Part shown: positions 13,271 to 25,224 of the stretch, piece after piece
Numbering within the stretch: position 1 is the first letter of the stretch
Layout: each line of letters begins with the position of its first letter
Assembly: GCA_051294375.1 (NCBI GenBank)
Contig: CM119268.1
Coordinates: forward strand, 13,027,770 to 13,091,769
Direction: 5' to 3'
DNA: 64,000 nucleotides
Origin: Paraspadella gotoi
Taxonomy: Eukaryota; Animalia; Chaetognatha
Notes under the pieces: generated by a model
What the model was told of the DNA's origin: nothing
Database searches by the model: none
Seen by the model: only the letters and a program-made list of their open reading frames with translations
Position numbers and translations under genes: made by a program

Positions 13271-15135
13271 TTTAGTCGGATCTGCTTATAAGCAGATCCC
13301 GACTCTATAATTCACTTTGTCAGTCAGTCGGTCCGCCCCCTAAATATTATCGGGCAACCACATATATCATATCAGAATATCGAATTATGATAAATTATGC
13401 AAAAAAAAAACGATGTCCGTCCGTCCGTCTGTCTGTCTGTCTGTCTGTCTGTCTGTTCGTCCATCCCACCTTATCAAAAAACTCCAATTACTCGTGATTG
13501 GATGGATGGATTAGAATAAAATTTTGTGTGCGGGTAGGGAATTGTGTGATTGAGCTCGATATGAAGTTTCAACGGAATCGTGCGAGTGGAAAAGAGTTTA
13601 AATGGAAAAAACAAAAAAATATATTTCACTATTTGAACGCCAATTTCTCATGAGTGGATGAGATGATTGACCTGAAATTTTGTATGTGGGTAGGAAAGTG
13701 TGTGATTAAGCTGGAAATCAAATTTCGATGGAATCGTCTGAGTGGAAATAAGTTTAAATGGAAAAAACAAAAAACCTGTTTCACTAATTGATTATGCTTC
13801 TTTTTATTTTTATATTAAATGTAAAAGCAAGATGTATTAATTAACAAATAATTAATCAGTTAATTAATCAATTAATTACTTAGTTAATCAGTCAATCAAT
13901 CAATCAATCAATTAATTATTAAATCAATCAATTATTTATCTATTAATTAATTAATCACTCAATCAATTTATTTATTATTTAATTAATTATTTAATCAATA
14001 AATCAATCAAGTCAATCGTTATCGTGATCGTCGTTGTTGCTTTTGTCGTTGTTACTAATCACTGGTTAGTGACGAAAAGACCTAAAAACAAACATTTCGG
14101 ATCAAATTAAAATTTATTTATTAATTACCGCTAATGATCGTGCGAGTGGAAATGAGTTTAAATGGAAAAAACAAAAGTCATATTTACTCATAATTATCAT
14201 ATTGATTAAAAATTAAATAGATAAATTGAAATAAAATTTTGTGTGTTGGTAGGAAACTATGAGATTAAGCTGGATATAAGTTTTTGATGGAATCCTAGGA
14301 GTGGAAAAGAGTTTAAAACAGAAAACCAAAAGACACATTTATGTCAATTTTTAAAAGTTTTTCTCTACTCTCTGATTGATTGATTGATTGACCAAATTAT
14401 GCCGGTTGACCAAATTTTGCAGTTCAGCCAATTATGTCAGGTAATCAAAATATGCCAATTACGACAATTTACCAAATTATGCAAGTTGTCCAAATTATGC
14501 CAGTTGACCAAATTATGCCAGTTGAACAAATTATGCCAGTTGACCACATTTTGCAAGTTGACCAAATTATACAAGTTGAAAAAATTATGCCAGTTGTCCA
14601 AATTATGCCAGTTAACCATATTATGTCAGTTGACCAAATTATGCCAGTTGACCAAATAATGCAAGTTGATTAAATTATGCAAGTTGACCAAATTATGCCA
14701 GTTGACCTAATTATGTCAGTTGACCAAATTAAACAAGTTAACCAAATTCTGCCAGTTGACCAAACTATGCCAGTTGACCAAATTACATCACTTGACCAAA
14801 TTACATCAGTTGACAATATTATACCAATTGACCAAATTATACCTGTTGACCAAATTATGCCAGATGATCAAATTATGTCAATTGACCAAATTATGCCAGT
14901 TGATTTAATTATGAAAGTTGACCAAATTATGCAAGTTGGTATTGGCACAGCTACTGGTTATGATTGATAGATCAATTAATTTATAGATTTTTTATAGATT
15001 TATTAAGAAGTCTGTTATATGATTTGTTATAATCACAAATTGAGAGTCAGAAAAATTAGCATGATTTATCATCGGGTTAGCTTATCACCGCTTAATTATC
15101 GTAGGCAGATCCGACATTGCTTGCTCAAACTTGTT
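13271..15135 (+). mobile_element. Non-autonomous Helentron-associated (DINE-1/HINE-like) element
   Basis: 5' subterminal IR gtcggatctgc (13275-13285) overlaps a perfect 22-bp palindrome ggatctgcttataagcagatcc (13278-13299). Its exact reverse complement gcagatccgac is at 15105-15115, just before the acttgtt end. Also present: T-rich flanks, a (GTCC/GTCT)n microsatellite at ~13415-13460, and internal ~155-bp subrepeats (ggaatcgt..gagtggaaa at ~13575, ~13730, ~14290). Confidence 0.7.
14389..14940. repeat. 18-bp minisatellite, consensus GACCAAATTATGCCAGTT, about 30 copies
   Basis: Directly visible. It produces the spurious (DQIMPV)n and (TKLCQL)n ORFs at 14384-14967. Confidence 0.95.
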
Positions 15136-15858
15136 ATACCTTATAGTAAGATTTCATCATTTTTGCTCGGTTTCTGTAACCCTGATGACCTCGTTATACA
15201 TATGAAATTCCATTTGGTTGAAAGCCTTTTATTACCCTTTAGGTATTGAATAAAGTAATGATTTTTATTCACTAGCTAGTATTGTATGATGATTTATTTA
15301 TTTTTGTTATTTTTTTAATTAAATGAATCTATCCTCTTTTGTCCACATTGTTTAATCTTGTGGGGTTATTACAATTTTTGTTCTATTTCATTGCGTCATT
15401 GTTTTTTAGAATGTAACCTGTTATGTTTAGCAGAATAAAAAAAAGACTTTAATTTTATCAATGTTTAATTCCATATCCTTTAATTAAAAAAAAATTTTAC
15501 AATGAGTTAAGAAAAATTAAAGCCATTCATGCAAACCAATTTTTTTATAGGATAGTTTTTACTGTGTGAATAGGATCATGCAGCGTTAAGCTCAACACCT
15601 GAGAGACAGAAAAAAAGCATTAAAACAAGTAGGAAATGTTTTGGAAAATGTATTTTGTTGATAGAAAAAAGACAAAATGAATTATTTAGTTGACAGTTAT
15701 GTAGCTAATTAACGTCAAATAATAAATTTACTACATGAAAGCATATGAAAAATACATTCAAAATGTTTAATTCAATATACAGAGAAAATATTTACCCAAT
15801 TATCTTTACCCAATTTGTTTTCTTCAAAGTTCAATTATGGCATTTCATAAGAAAAAAA

Positions 15859-16700
15859 TCATTGAAGAATGTCGTAGGAAGTTTCTTTTAGATGCATCCT
15901 TCCAATTTGAGCGCAAAATTCCAGCTGCTCTGCATCGGTGATGAAGCTGCGCTGCACCACCCGAGCACGCAGAACTTCAGCGGCCAGATGCATCACCCCT
16001 TCTTCCTCCAGCCTCTGCAGCAGATTGAGGGCGACCAGGAAGAGTCCTGACCTGCAGCAGCCATTGAGGCAATGAACGAGAAGCTTTTCACGTTTGTTAT
16101 GACGATTTTGCAGTAATCGCATGATCTCTTGAAGTAGCTCATAAAATCCCTCTGGATCGGGATGAGCGGCTTCTTCAGGCCAGCATTGGATTTGTAATTG
16201 GGTCAGGACTAACTCATTCATTGCATAAGTTGAATCTAGTAAACGAACTTTGATGGAACGCTTGGTCATGACACCTGGAGTTTCCTTCATTGTTAGCAAC
16301 TTGTACTGTAAATTAGCATCTGGGTCTTCGCTAGCCCCAGATAGCCAATAATCTGGAGCATCGCAATTCGTTTTAGAGTGACTGTTGAGCATCACGACTA
16401 TGCTCGCCTTCTGTTCGTATATCATTTTCCAAAAGTCATTGACCGTGTCTTTCATCGGTGCCTGTGCGACGATGCATCGGCACTTGGTAAAAAATGTGTC
16501 AACATAAGCTGCATTGATGTAGGTATGGCCATGTGGTGGTACAAATGAAAAAATATGTACCAGTGAATTGTCATCAAAAAAGGGGCCATTGCTGAAACGA
16601 TTCAAAGTGGAATATTCTCTTTTGGATGCAAAGTTGGTTTGAATTGGAAATTTATCAGTAATTTTTTTTATGTCTTTGAAAACTTTTTGATAAGGAATTT
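15859..16700 (-). CDS. Membrane-distal PTP domain (D2) of the RPTP
   Basis: Motifs YINAAYVD, IVAQAPMKDTVNDFWKMIYEQKASIVVMLN, YW, QCWPEE (WPD to WPE), LLVHCLNGCCRSGLF (CX5R) and FITDAEQLEFC. The frame extends upstream of the listed ORF to TEIPY...NRF. Confidence 0.92.
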
Positions 16701-19700
16701 CTGTCTGAGATGACCTTCAGAATGAATTTTAGGCAGAAGAGAAGGACAGCAGAATGGCCAATGTATTATAAAAGAGTTCACTCTGTCTTGAAATTGTCAT
16801 CATTTTGATTCCAAAAATGATTTAATGTTGCATTGCAGCCTCCACATTGACAGTTCCAAGGGCTGTGGATTCATTAAAAAGATTCCAAAGTGCTATGACT
16901 GTTCCAGCACGATCCAAACCTTTATTACAGTGAATGAGAATCGGCGCGTTTGATGTGAAGAATTTGAAAATCTACAAACGACTTGAATGAATGCCGCCAG
17001 AGCTGTTGGTGTGCATTTAACATCTTTCTCCATCCAGGAGACAAACTGAAACTGGGTTAAACGATACTGTTTTTTTTCCCGACGACGTCCATTTTACGCA
17101 CAATGTAATTAAGAGAATTGCCTTTCCTGTTTTAGATTTATAAAAATAGATTCAAAGTTGATTGAATTTTCAAGAGTTGTTGGCCAGTACTGTTCGCACT
17201 TATTCTTGCCCTCTTCCATCAGGTCAGACAGCATTAAAACAATTGTGACTTTATTATGAAAAATCATCTCCAAAAATGCGGCAAGACTTGATAGTCGAGG
17301 ATTATGGCAAGCAATGAAGCCATTGGTGCCTTGGCTCTTGCAGAAACCAGGAATGAAACTCACAGCAAAAGAATTGGGCAAATGCTTGATTTTGGCCTTT
17401 TTTCTAAAATATATTTTTTCATCATCACGCAAAAAATCCGAGTTGACAAAATTTCCTTGTAGTCCAGTTATGTGGCTGATGGAATTTTTTGGTTCTGCCT
17501 CGATTTCAGCATCACCATAGACCATGTCAATTAAACCGTCTGCGCATACCTCTTTTAGCTGGGAATTTTGCGTTTGGCTGGATGCAACATTTTCATAACA
17601 TGCATCCAGGTCAGCTGATTGACGGTTTTTTCCTAATCTGTGGCGCAGAAAAATAAAAGTAACAGCGCTTAGTAGAAAAGCACCGACAATAACTGAAAGT
17701 GAAATAATTATAGGCCACAATCCAGCATTATTAATTGGGAAAAAATTTAATTTCACTGCCAGAAGCTTCCGTTTTTCTTTAAATCCTTCCAAATTAGTTT
17801 CAATTACATAATTGAGTGAATAACTCTTGTTTCCAACCAAAAAATTGCCTTTGCAAATTCCATTAGTGACTCTTCCTTTGAAAATCTCTATTGGTTTTCC
17901 TAGTTGATTGATTGATTGATTTGAAATAACAGTTATTGGGATATAACCATTGGCGGAGGCGCAAACCTTTTTGTAATTCAAACGCGATCTAAAATAATTT
18001 TTGTCTCTTTTTTCCTCAAGAGCAACAATGAAAATTGACACAACAGATTCCGCTGGCCATTGAACAGGTGTTTGGATGTGACAAGTTTTATTTGCAAAGC
18101 AAACAACGTCATCAAGCATCTTTAAAGTCACGTCTTGGCGTTTTAGTTTGACAATATTTTCGTATAAAATCTTTTCCGCAATCACAGGAATAGTCGCCGC
18201 AACTGTTGCTACAATTCTTGTTGTGATGACAGGGAGAGGAATTACATTCATTGATGTTCTCGGTACATGACCCACGGTACAACTGTTTAACCAAAAGATT
18301 ATCAATGGAAAATCCTTTGCCTTCCACGATTATTTTAAAATTTTTAACATCATTTTCTTTTATTTTAATTTTATATTTAGTCCAATTGTAGGACTTTAAC
18401 AATTTAATGGTTTTTCCATTGATGCTTAATTTTAAGTTTGTCTCATTGATTGATAAATAATAAAAGAAGCTTAGAATTGATTCGTTTTCTGAATTAATTT
18501 CTATTTCAGTTTTGGTTCCGTCAAATGTTGAGAATTTCCCGTCACAGGCCGATATGCAATATTCGTAGTAAAGCTTTCTTTTTATGTTTTCAGATTTAAA
18601 AGCAGCATTAGTGCAACCTTCATTTTCATGGTCACAATAACACCAAGTTCCGTTAGGAGAATTATTAAGATTAAGACAATAGTTTGATGATTCCCCTTTT
18701 TTATCAAATCCTAAGTTCAAATCTTTCCATTTCAAACATTTAATCACTTTACCATTTCTGTTCAACTGCTCTTCTCTTGGCGTTTTCTTTGATATTATAC
18801 ACTCCCTCTTCCACCATTTGATAGGATATTTTATCCCACTATAAGTATAGGTATTAGACGCTGCTTTGTGAATTTTAAATCCGTAGCACTTAAATTTCCG
18901 GTCATTGAGAACAGAGGCTTCAAAAAGGTCTTTTTTTTGTTCGTACAAAGTTTTCCGATTTCTCAAACAATTGACGTAATTGGAACCGAAAAATGAATAT
19001 GAATTATCGGACCCTTTTGGAGCGTATTTATCCTTGTATTTAAAAGAAAACTTTGTGACAACTAAAGGTTTGTTCGCCTCAAACCAAATGGATTCGTTTG
19101 TCTCTCCGTGATTTTTTTTTGAACACCAGTACTCAAACTCTAATCTGGAGTGATACGAAAAAACTTGTAATATAATCAAAAGGAAGAGTGATTGGGTTAT
19201 GAATTTTTATCACACTGATAAAAAATAATTTTTTAGACTTTTTTCCCACTAATTTGCAAAATTCCAGCGAGGATAGTTTCTATGTTACAAAGATTTTCCT
19301 CAGAGGGTAAATTTATGAAAAAGCATAATTTTTACTTTGGAAGAGGACTTTACTATTTTACTTTACTTTTTTCATGCTTAATTTTTTGGATTAATATGAT
19401 ATTGTAGTAAATGTATCACGAACCATAATTTAACATCTATTAAAAATTATGAAATACGACTTTGTTGATAAATAATAGTAAATAAGTTAGGTTTTACATG
19501 ATTTTTTTTTATAATAACAAATCACCAAACTGACTTTTTATCACCAATTTTTTTTTTTATATCAGATAACTTCACAATCAGCGTTAAAAATTAACTGTTA
19601 AAATTTGAAAAAAAAATGAAGAAAAGTGACTCCGCGCTTGAGAGCCACTGTGATTATACTATTAGGTCAACATAAACGTCAAGTAGTTTTCTAACTAATA

Positions 19701-20492
19701 AATGTTATAAAAATAATATATTATGAAAGAATTACGAGTTTAATCAAGTCTTTTTGTATCACTACATATAGGAATGTCCGTCAAAAAAAGCTTTTTCTGC
19801 AGTGTAACTTTCACTATATTTTGACGACTCATACGCTTTTCCTCCAAGTTTAAAAAAATCCTCATCCAACTCTAACTCTTTCTCTCCGATCGCCAAAGTC
19901 ACATCCATCAGCGGTCCTTCCATCCTCTCCGACTTTTCACTCCCAGTCCCGTTTCCCACTTTCCATCCTTTGCCAAATGCTTTTTCATGGATACGAGACG
20001 CAGCAGAATCAAAGTCAACTTTTGCAAATTCGCAGGCAAAGCGGAACTTTTTGTTGCAGTTGAACGTTTCCAAGCAAAACCTTGGTCCGGGCGAGTCTAG
20101 CGCACGATGTACCCAAGCCACGCAATCCGGGTCAGGTGCTTGTGGTAGCTTGCACCACGGAATGGGGAGCCCATTCTAGGAAAGCTTTCCTCATTTTGAT
20201 TAATCCATTCGTTGAAGTTCGATCCTCTTTTAAAAAGTCCCGTCCAAATATAAAGAGAGCCACGTCTCTCGCTCTCTGTCATGTCCAAAGCGTCCTTGTC
20301 CATGACATCCTTCAGTCGCTGGATGGAGAATCTCGAAGACGCGAGTCGGACGCCGAATTTAGTGGAGCAGCGGGAGACGGCAGAGGTCCAGTCGAGTCGC
20401 TCGTCCAGGATGGTTAAAGGAAGGATCTCCGATTGGAGGGAGAGAGAGATAGAGAGAGAGACGATTTGGAGGAGGAAGGAAAGACAATTCAT
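15859..20492 (-). CDS. Receptor-type protein tyrosine phosphatase-like gene (SP-CTL-F5/8C-kringle-MAM-like-EGF-TM-PTP D1-PTP D2); frameshifted in this assembly (indel errors or pseudogene)
   Basis: Five collinear minus-strand ORFs (20097-20492, 19762-20121, 18112-19179, 17109-18305, 15859-16605) plus hand-read D1 motifs at 16700-17110. They are joined by frameshifts and one predicted intron. Confidence 0.85.
16700..17400 (-). CDS. Membrane-proximal PTP domain (D1), divergent and multiply frameshifted
   Basis: GFIACHNP...FLEMIFHNKVTIVLMLSDLMEEGKNKCEQYWP in ORF 17109-18305. Then, in changing frames: NYIVRKM, RLTQFQFVSWMEK (WPD loop lost) and APILIHCNKGLDRAGTVIAL (CX5R, ~16890-16950). Confidence 0.8.
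17647..17721 (-). other. Transmembrane helix coding segment of the RPTP
   Basis: LWPIIISLSVIVGAFLLSAVTFIFL followed by the basic stop-transfer RHRLGKNR; juxtamembrane tyrosine motifs YENV and VYGD. Confidence 0.85.
18112..19144 (-). CDS. RPTP ectodomain part: end of F5/8-C-like domain, kringle-like, MAM-like and calcium-binding EGF
   Basis: YWCSK...ESIWFEANKPLVVTKFSF...YSFFGSN (discoidin-like). CLKW...NYCLNLNNSPNGTWCY...YEYC (kringle NYCRNP..PWCY variant). LSFFYY...NWTK...FKIIVEG..SIDNL (MAM-like). ENINECNSSPCHHNKNCSNSCGDYSCDCGKDFIRKYCQ (EGF_CA). Confidence 0.75.
19145..19765 (-). other. Predicted 621-nt phase-2 GT-AG intron of the RPTP gene
   Basis: Donor TAT AT/gtagtg and acceptor tcactccag/A TTA GAG splice in frame to KAFFDGHSYILEFEYWCSK, restoring a continuous discoidin-like motif. 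The intervening DNA is very AT-rich. Confidence 0.65.
19766..20492 (-). CDS. First coding exon of the RPTP: signal peptide, C-type lectin domain, start of F5/8-C-like domain
   Basis: MNCLSFLLQIVSLSISLSL signal-like; LDWTSAVSRC...GVRLAS, IWTGL, EWIN. After a frameshift near 20165: QAPDPDCVAW...CNKKFRFACEF, then SSKYSESYTAEKAFFDG. Confidence 0.8.
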
Positions 20493-20947
20493 GATGTGTG
20501 TGTGTGAGAGAGAGACAGAGAGAGATTTTTTTTCTTTTTTTTTTTAATCTATTCTTTGACTAAATTCGTTTTGTGGTAGGTTTTAAAATCGTAATTAAAT
20601 ATAATTCAAATAATTAAACAAAAAACAAAACACGCAGTCGGAACTTCTGGCTTTAGCTTCCACCCGCTTGTTAATTGTTTTAAAAACTGACTAATTCACG
20701 ACCAACAAAGCATAAAAAACAACAATGTTTACAACAAAACTAAACAAAGATTACTTGCGTGATTTACCCAAATCTAACCCTCATCCTTTTTGGCCTTCTT
20801 CATTCAATTATAAATGATAAACAAATATAATGATAAACAAACTACAAAGCCTCGTTTTATTTGAAATAGATTAGATTATTGTTTAGAAAAATCTGCAAAG
20901 AGTATTTCAGACTTTTAAGGAATAAGGTACAATAATTACATAAAATT

Positions 20948-21450
20948 CCGACTCTATAATTCACTTTGTCGGTCCGTCTGCCAATCCCCCCAATCTTGTC
21001 GGTCATTCACTTAGATCATCTCAGAACTTCAAATTATGATAAATTATGCAAAAAAAAAAAGGTGTATGGGTAGGGAAATGTGTTATTGAGGCTCAATTTG
21101 AGCTGGATATGAAGTTTCGATGGAATCGTGGGAGTGAAAATGAGTTTAAACGGAAAAAAAAAAATCTATTTCACTCTTTGAACGATTGACTTGAAATTTT
21201 GTAAGTGGGTAGGAAAGTGTGTGATTAAGCAGAAAATCAAGTTTCCATGGAATCGTCTGAATGGAGAAAACAAAAAAACTATTTCACTAATTGATTATGC
21301 TTATTTTTCTTTTTATATTAAATATAAATGCAAGATGTATTAATTAATCAAATAATTAATGAGTTAATTAATCAATTCATCAATTAATTAATAAATAATT
21401 AATTAATCAATCAATTATTCAATCTATCAATATATTTAGTTATCTAATAA
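20948..21450 (+). mobile_element. Truncated second copy of the DINE-1/HINE-like element
   Basis: Shares ccgactctataattcactttgtc, aattatgataaattatgcaaaaaaaaaa, the ~155-bp subrepeats and tttcactaattgattatgct...gcaagatgtattaattaa with 13299-13900. It lacks the 5' palindrome, the 18-bp array and the 3' end. Confidence 0.75.
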
Positions 21451-22084
21451 TTAAATATTGTGTGAAAAACATATCACGTAACATATTATTATTAAGTTGA
21501 TATTAAGTAAAACTATATTATATTTATATAAAATATACTTAACATTTTACTTTTTTTTAAATTGTGTTTAAATTTAAATTATTCAATCCCATCTATTACG
21601 AAAAAGGATGAGTGAAGTGGGGTACAACCATCGGCGGACTTACCCACATTCTCGCCGATCCATTTCCCTTACCTCACCTTACTCGCTCCAACGCGCTCAG
21701 GATTTTTTGCTCACCGCCACCCTCCACTGACGGCGTGTAACTTGACACGCGCCTTCTGCCACGCGACACGTTTGCTATGTCACTCGCGGAACATCTTCCT
21801 CAACAAAGCTGCCGTCTGTCTTTCTTCCATTTTTATTGTTGTTCTCCTTTTCGCCTTCATCATTTACATCGCCTGACGAATTGTAACGGCCTGTTGTACA
21901 GGCTCATCTTCGTCTGACACGTTTCCTCTGGAACTCCAATTTAATTCGCCAACGCAATGTAATTCTAGAAAAACGTCATTTCACGAAATTTTATCAAAGT
22001 TAGACTTTAGCCCCGGCCCCGTTAAACTCAAAGAAAATTAAAATTTACAGTTATTGCCAGGATTGTTGTCGCAATATTCTCTCT

Positions 22085-22177
<93 letters not shown>

Positions 22178-23318
22178 CCTGAATCTAATTTCGTCTACCA
22201 TCTATCTCTCTTTCCCGTAAATACGCCCTCTGTCTTCAGTTAAGACGCATTTTTTTAAGTTGCTATTTCTTTTCTCCGCTTTTCTCAACGTTTCTCAATC
22301 TCTTTCTCTCCACGTTGCCCTTTTTTTTCCCTGACAAGTTTTCGCCGCGCCGTCGCCAACTTTGCGTAGGCGTTGACGAAATAAAAAAAAAGTGCATCTT
22401 GCTCGTTCTACGACTCTCTCTCTCTCTCTCGCTCTCTCTCCCCTCTCTCTCATCTCTCTCCTTCTCCTCTCCTCTCCTCTCTCCTCCTCTCTCTCTCTCT
22501 CTCTCTTTTGACAAGAAAAAATAATTATCTCCTTCGCGAATCGTTTGACGTAAGAACATAGAAAAAAACACCCTAAACCGGGCAAATCTGAATTCGATGT
22601 TTGTCCATGTCAAATGTCCAAATTGTCCATGTCCATGTCGAAACACGGTTTTTCTTTTGATTATTGATTCCATTGCGGAAGTGGTCTTTGTCATTGCTTT
22701 TACGTTGCCGTTTTTATTATTCAAAAGTCGACCATGAAATAAATAGTAATATATCTTTATACTTATTTATACTGATTTCTCTCGCGTATTTTTGAACGTT
22801 GCCAAGGAAATAGTGACCACGCCACAGCTCACGTCATCCAAAACTTTGTCATGGTTTCGAATAGGGAATCAAGAGAACTTTTTTCTTTGTCACACTGATT
22901 CCATTATACATTAACTTTTTCTTCTATCGTCTTTTTCTCCCATCTTTCTTTTTCCTTTTCTATCGGTTCCACGTTTTCCAGACGACGTCGCTTTTTTGGG
23001 AGATTTTTTGGGCGAAAAGAATTTGCATGGAAATGCGTTTCGACTAAACACAAGGAAGAGAATTTGAATTTCCTGATTTAGGCGAAACTGAAAACATCTT
23101 TTTTAATGTATTAATTTTTACAATTTAATTATACATTGATCCCTGAAAAGTTTAATTTCAATTCTTCACACGAGACAAATATATTTTTCGCATCCCGCCT
23201 TCGGCCGGTATTTTTATTTATTTTTTTTTTCATGAGAGCTAAAAACGAATTCAATATTTCTTAATGTTTGCCCGAAGAGAAAAGAATTAAAATCTTTCCT
23301 TTTCCATATTTACAAAGT

Positions 23319-23442
<124 letters not shown>

Positions 23443-23732
23443 GTAGTAGTAAGCGACAGTCACTCTTTGATATTCTTTCTGATCTCCTTAGGATCGTTGT
23501 CACTTTAAACTTGTTTGCCTTCACGCCCGTCGACCGCCTTTCTTTCTGACTGACATCAAAGACGAAAAAGTTTGAAATACGTACTATGATGTACTTAGAA
23601 ATACTTCAAATACGATACATTTAGCATAGCAACCTGCCACGTTTCATTAGACTAATAAGAGTCGACTTTTCACTAATTCAACATTGTTTTTTTCTTTTCT
23701 AGCAAATCTCATTCATTTTATTTCCATTTCAG

Positions 23733-25148
23733 CGCCGCCTTCGACGTCTTCGCCGCCAGCGCCGCAAAGACCGCCAACGCTTCCAGCGCCGCAAAGACCG
23801 CCAACGCTTCCAGCGCCGCAAAGACCCCCAACGCTTCCAGCGCCGCAAAGACCGCCAACGCCGCCGGCGACGACAACGAAATTGTACTTCGAAGACGACG
23901 GGAGAAAAACGAAAGCGTTAGCTACGCCGGTAACGACGAAGACAACAACGAAGAAAAAGAGAAAAAAGAGTTGGTTCGAATTCCTCGACGCGTCGTCGTT
24001 GCGGCTGCTGCAGCGACAGCTAGTGCTGCGCCGTCGTCGTCGACTTCGACAGCAATCGCGTTCTCGCCATCAGTTGCAGCAACAACATTTGCCGCGGCGG
24101 TTGATGAAGATGCGGCGGCGTCCGGAGCGACGCGGCGGTGCTGACGAGACTTTGGACTTACCCGCCAAAATTGGCGTCGACGCTGCAGGTCAATAATTTT
24201 ATACAATCTGATTGTAGTTTTTGTTGTTGTAGTTAAAATCTAGAATTTTAGTTCAGAAAAATATATACAGAAGACAGTCCGAAGACCGAGATAAGATAAC
24301 TTATTTATTGAATAGATAGTTATTAACTATTAGTTATTAACTATTAGTTAATGTACAAATTATCTCAGGTAAATATACTCGGCTGAATCCGTGTACTAGG
24401 TTTCGAGTACAACAGAATAGCAAGAGAAATCATGATAAATCTTCGTCTCAAGCTCGCGTCTCTTTAATCAGTGTTTTTCCCTTTTGTTTATGTTTTTGTT
24501 TTCGTCTCTCGAAACTCGAAAGTCAAAACAGCGACGCCCTGGGGGAAAAACTCAATCCCATCGCGCCGCGATGACAAAACGACACCCATATTTCTAATGT
24601 TTCCTTTCTGTCGCTTCTCCAGTTTTCTCTCTATTTTTTATCTCTCATAATCTCTTTTCCATCTGCGCCGCCACCCTCCATCTCCGCCCCCCATCTGTGG
24701 CCCCCATCTCCGCCCCCCATTTGTGCTCCTCGCTCTAATCTTCGATTTCTATTCTGTGCAAAGGTGGGCGGAGGAGGAGGGGAGGTAGGAGGGAGAAGGG
24801 GAAGGGGAAGGGAGAGAATATAAGAATGGAAACTCAACTCAAGTATGAAGAAGTAAGTAAGTAAAAAAGTAAGGTAAAAAATGAAAATTGAAAAAATAAA
24901 ATAGGGAGGGGGAAAAAAAAGTTGAGGCTAACAAAGTGGGAAAGGGTTTGACTGTGAATTTTTGGTAGTAGGATTAAAGAAGGGGAGAGTTTGCAACGGT
25001 GGCTGTGATTGTGAAGGAAAAAAAAACAATAATGGTTCTTTCTTTTCTTTCTTTTTTAATTTTTCTCTTTCTCCTTTTTTTTCTCGACCATTTTTCACCT
25101 CATTCTATTTTTTTTCTTCTTTTTTTGTAGATCCACATACAGATCCAC

Positions 25149-25224
<76 letters not shown>

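Noticed and set aside
14384-14967. ORFs with (DQIMPV)n or (TKLCQL)n repeats resembling a repeat or beta-helix protein
   Set aside because: They are translations of the 18-bp minisatellite, open in several frames and both strands, inside a non-autonomous element.
17100-20170. Programmed +1 frameshifting at stop codons (TCT-TAA at 17109, GCT-TGA at 18112), as in Euplotes
   Set aside because: The lectin frameshift is in the other direction and must occur upstream of its stop, because DCVAW precedes it. Several shifts sit in homopolymers, and duplicated blocks show pervasive indel noise.
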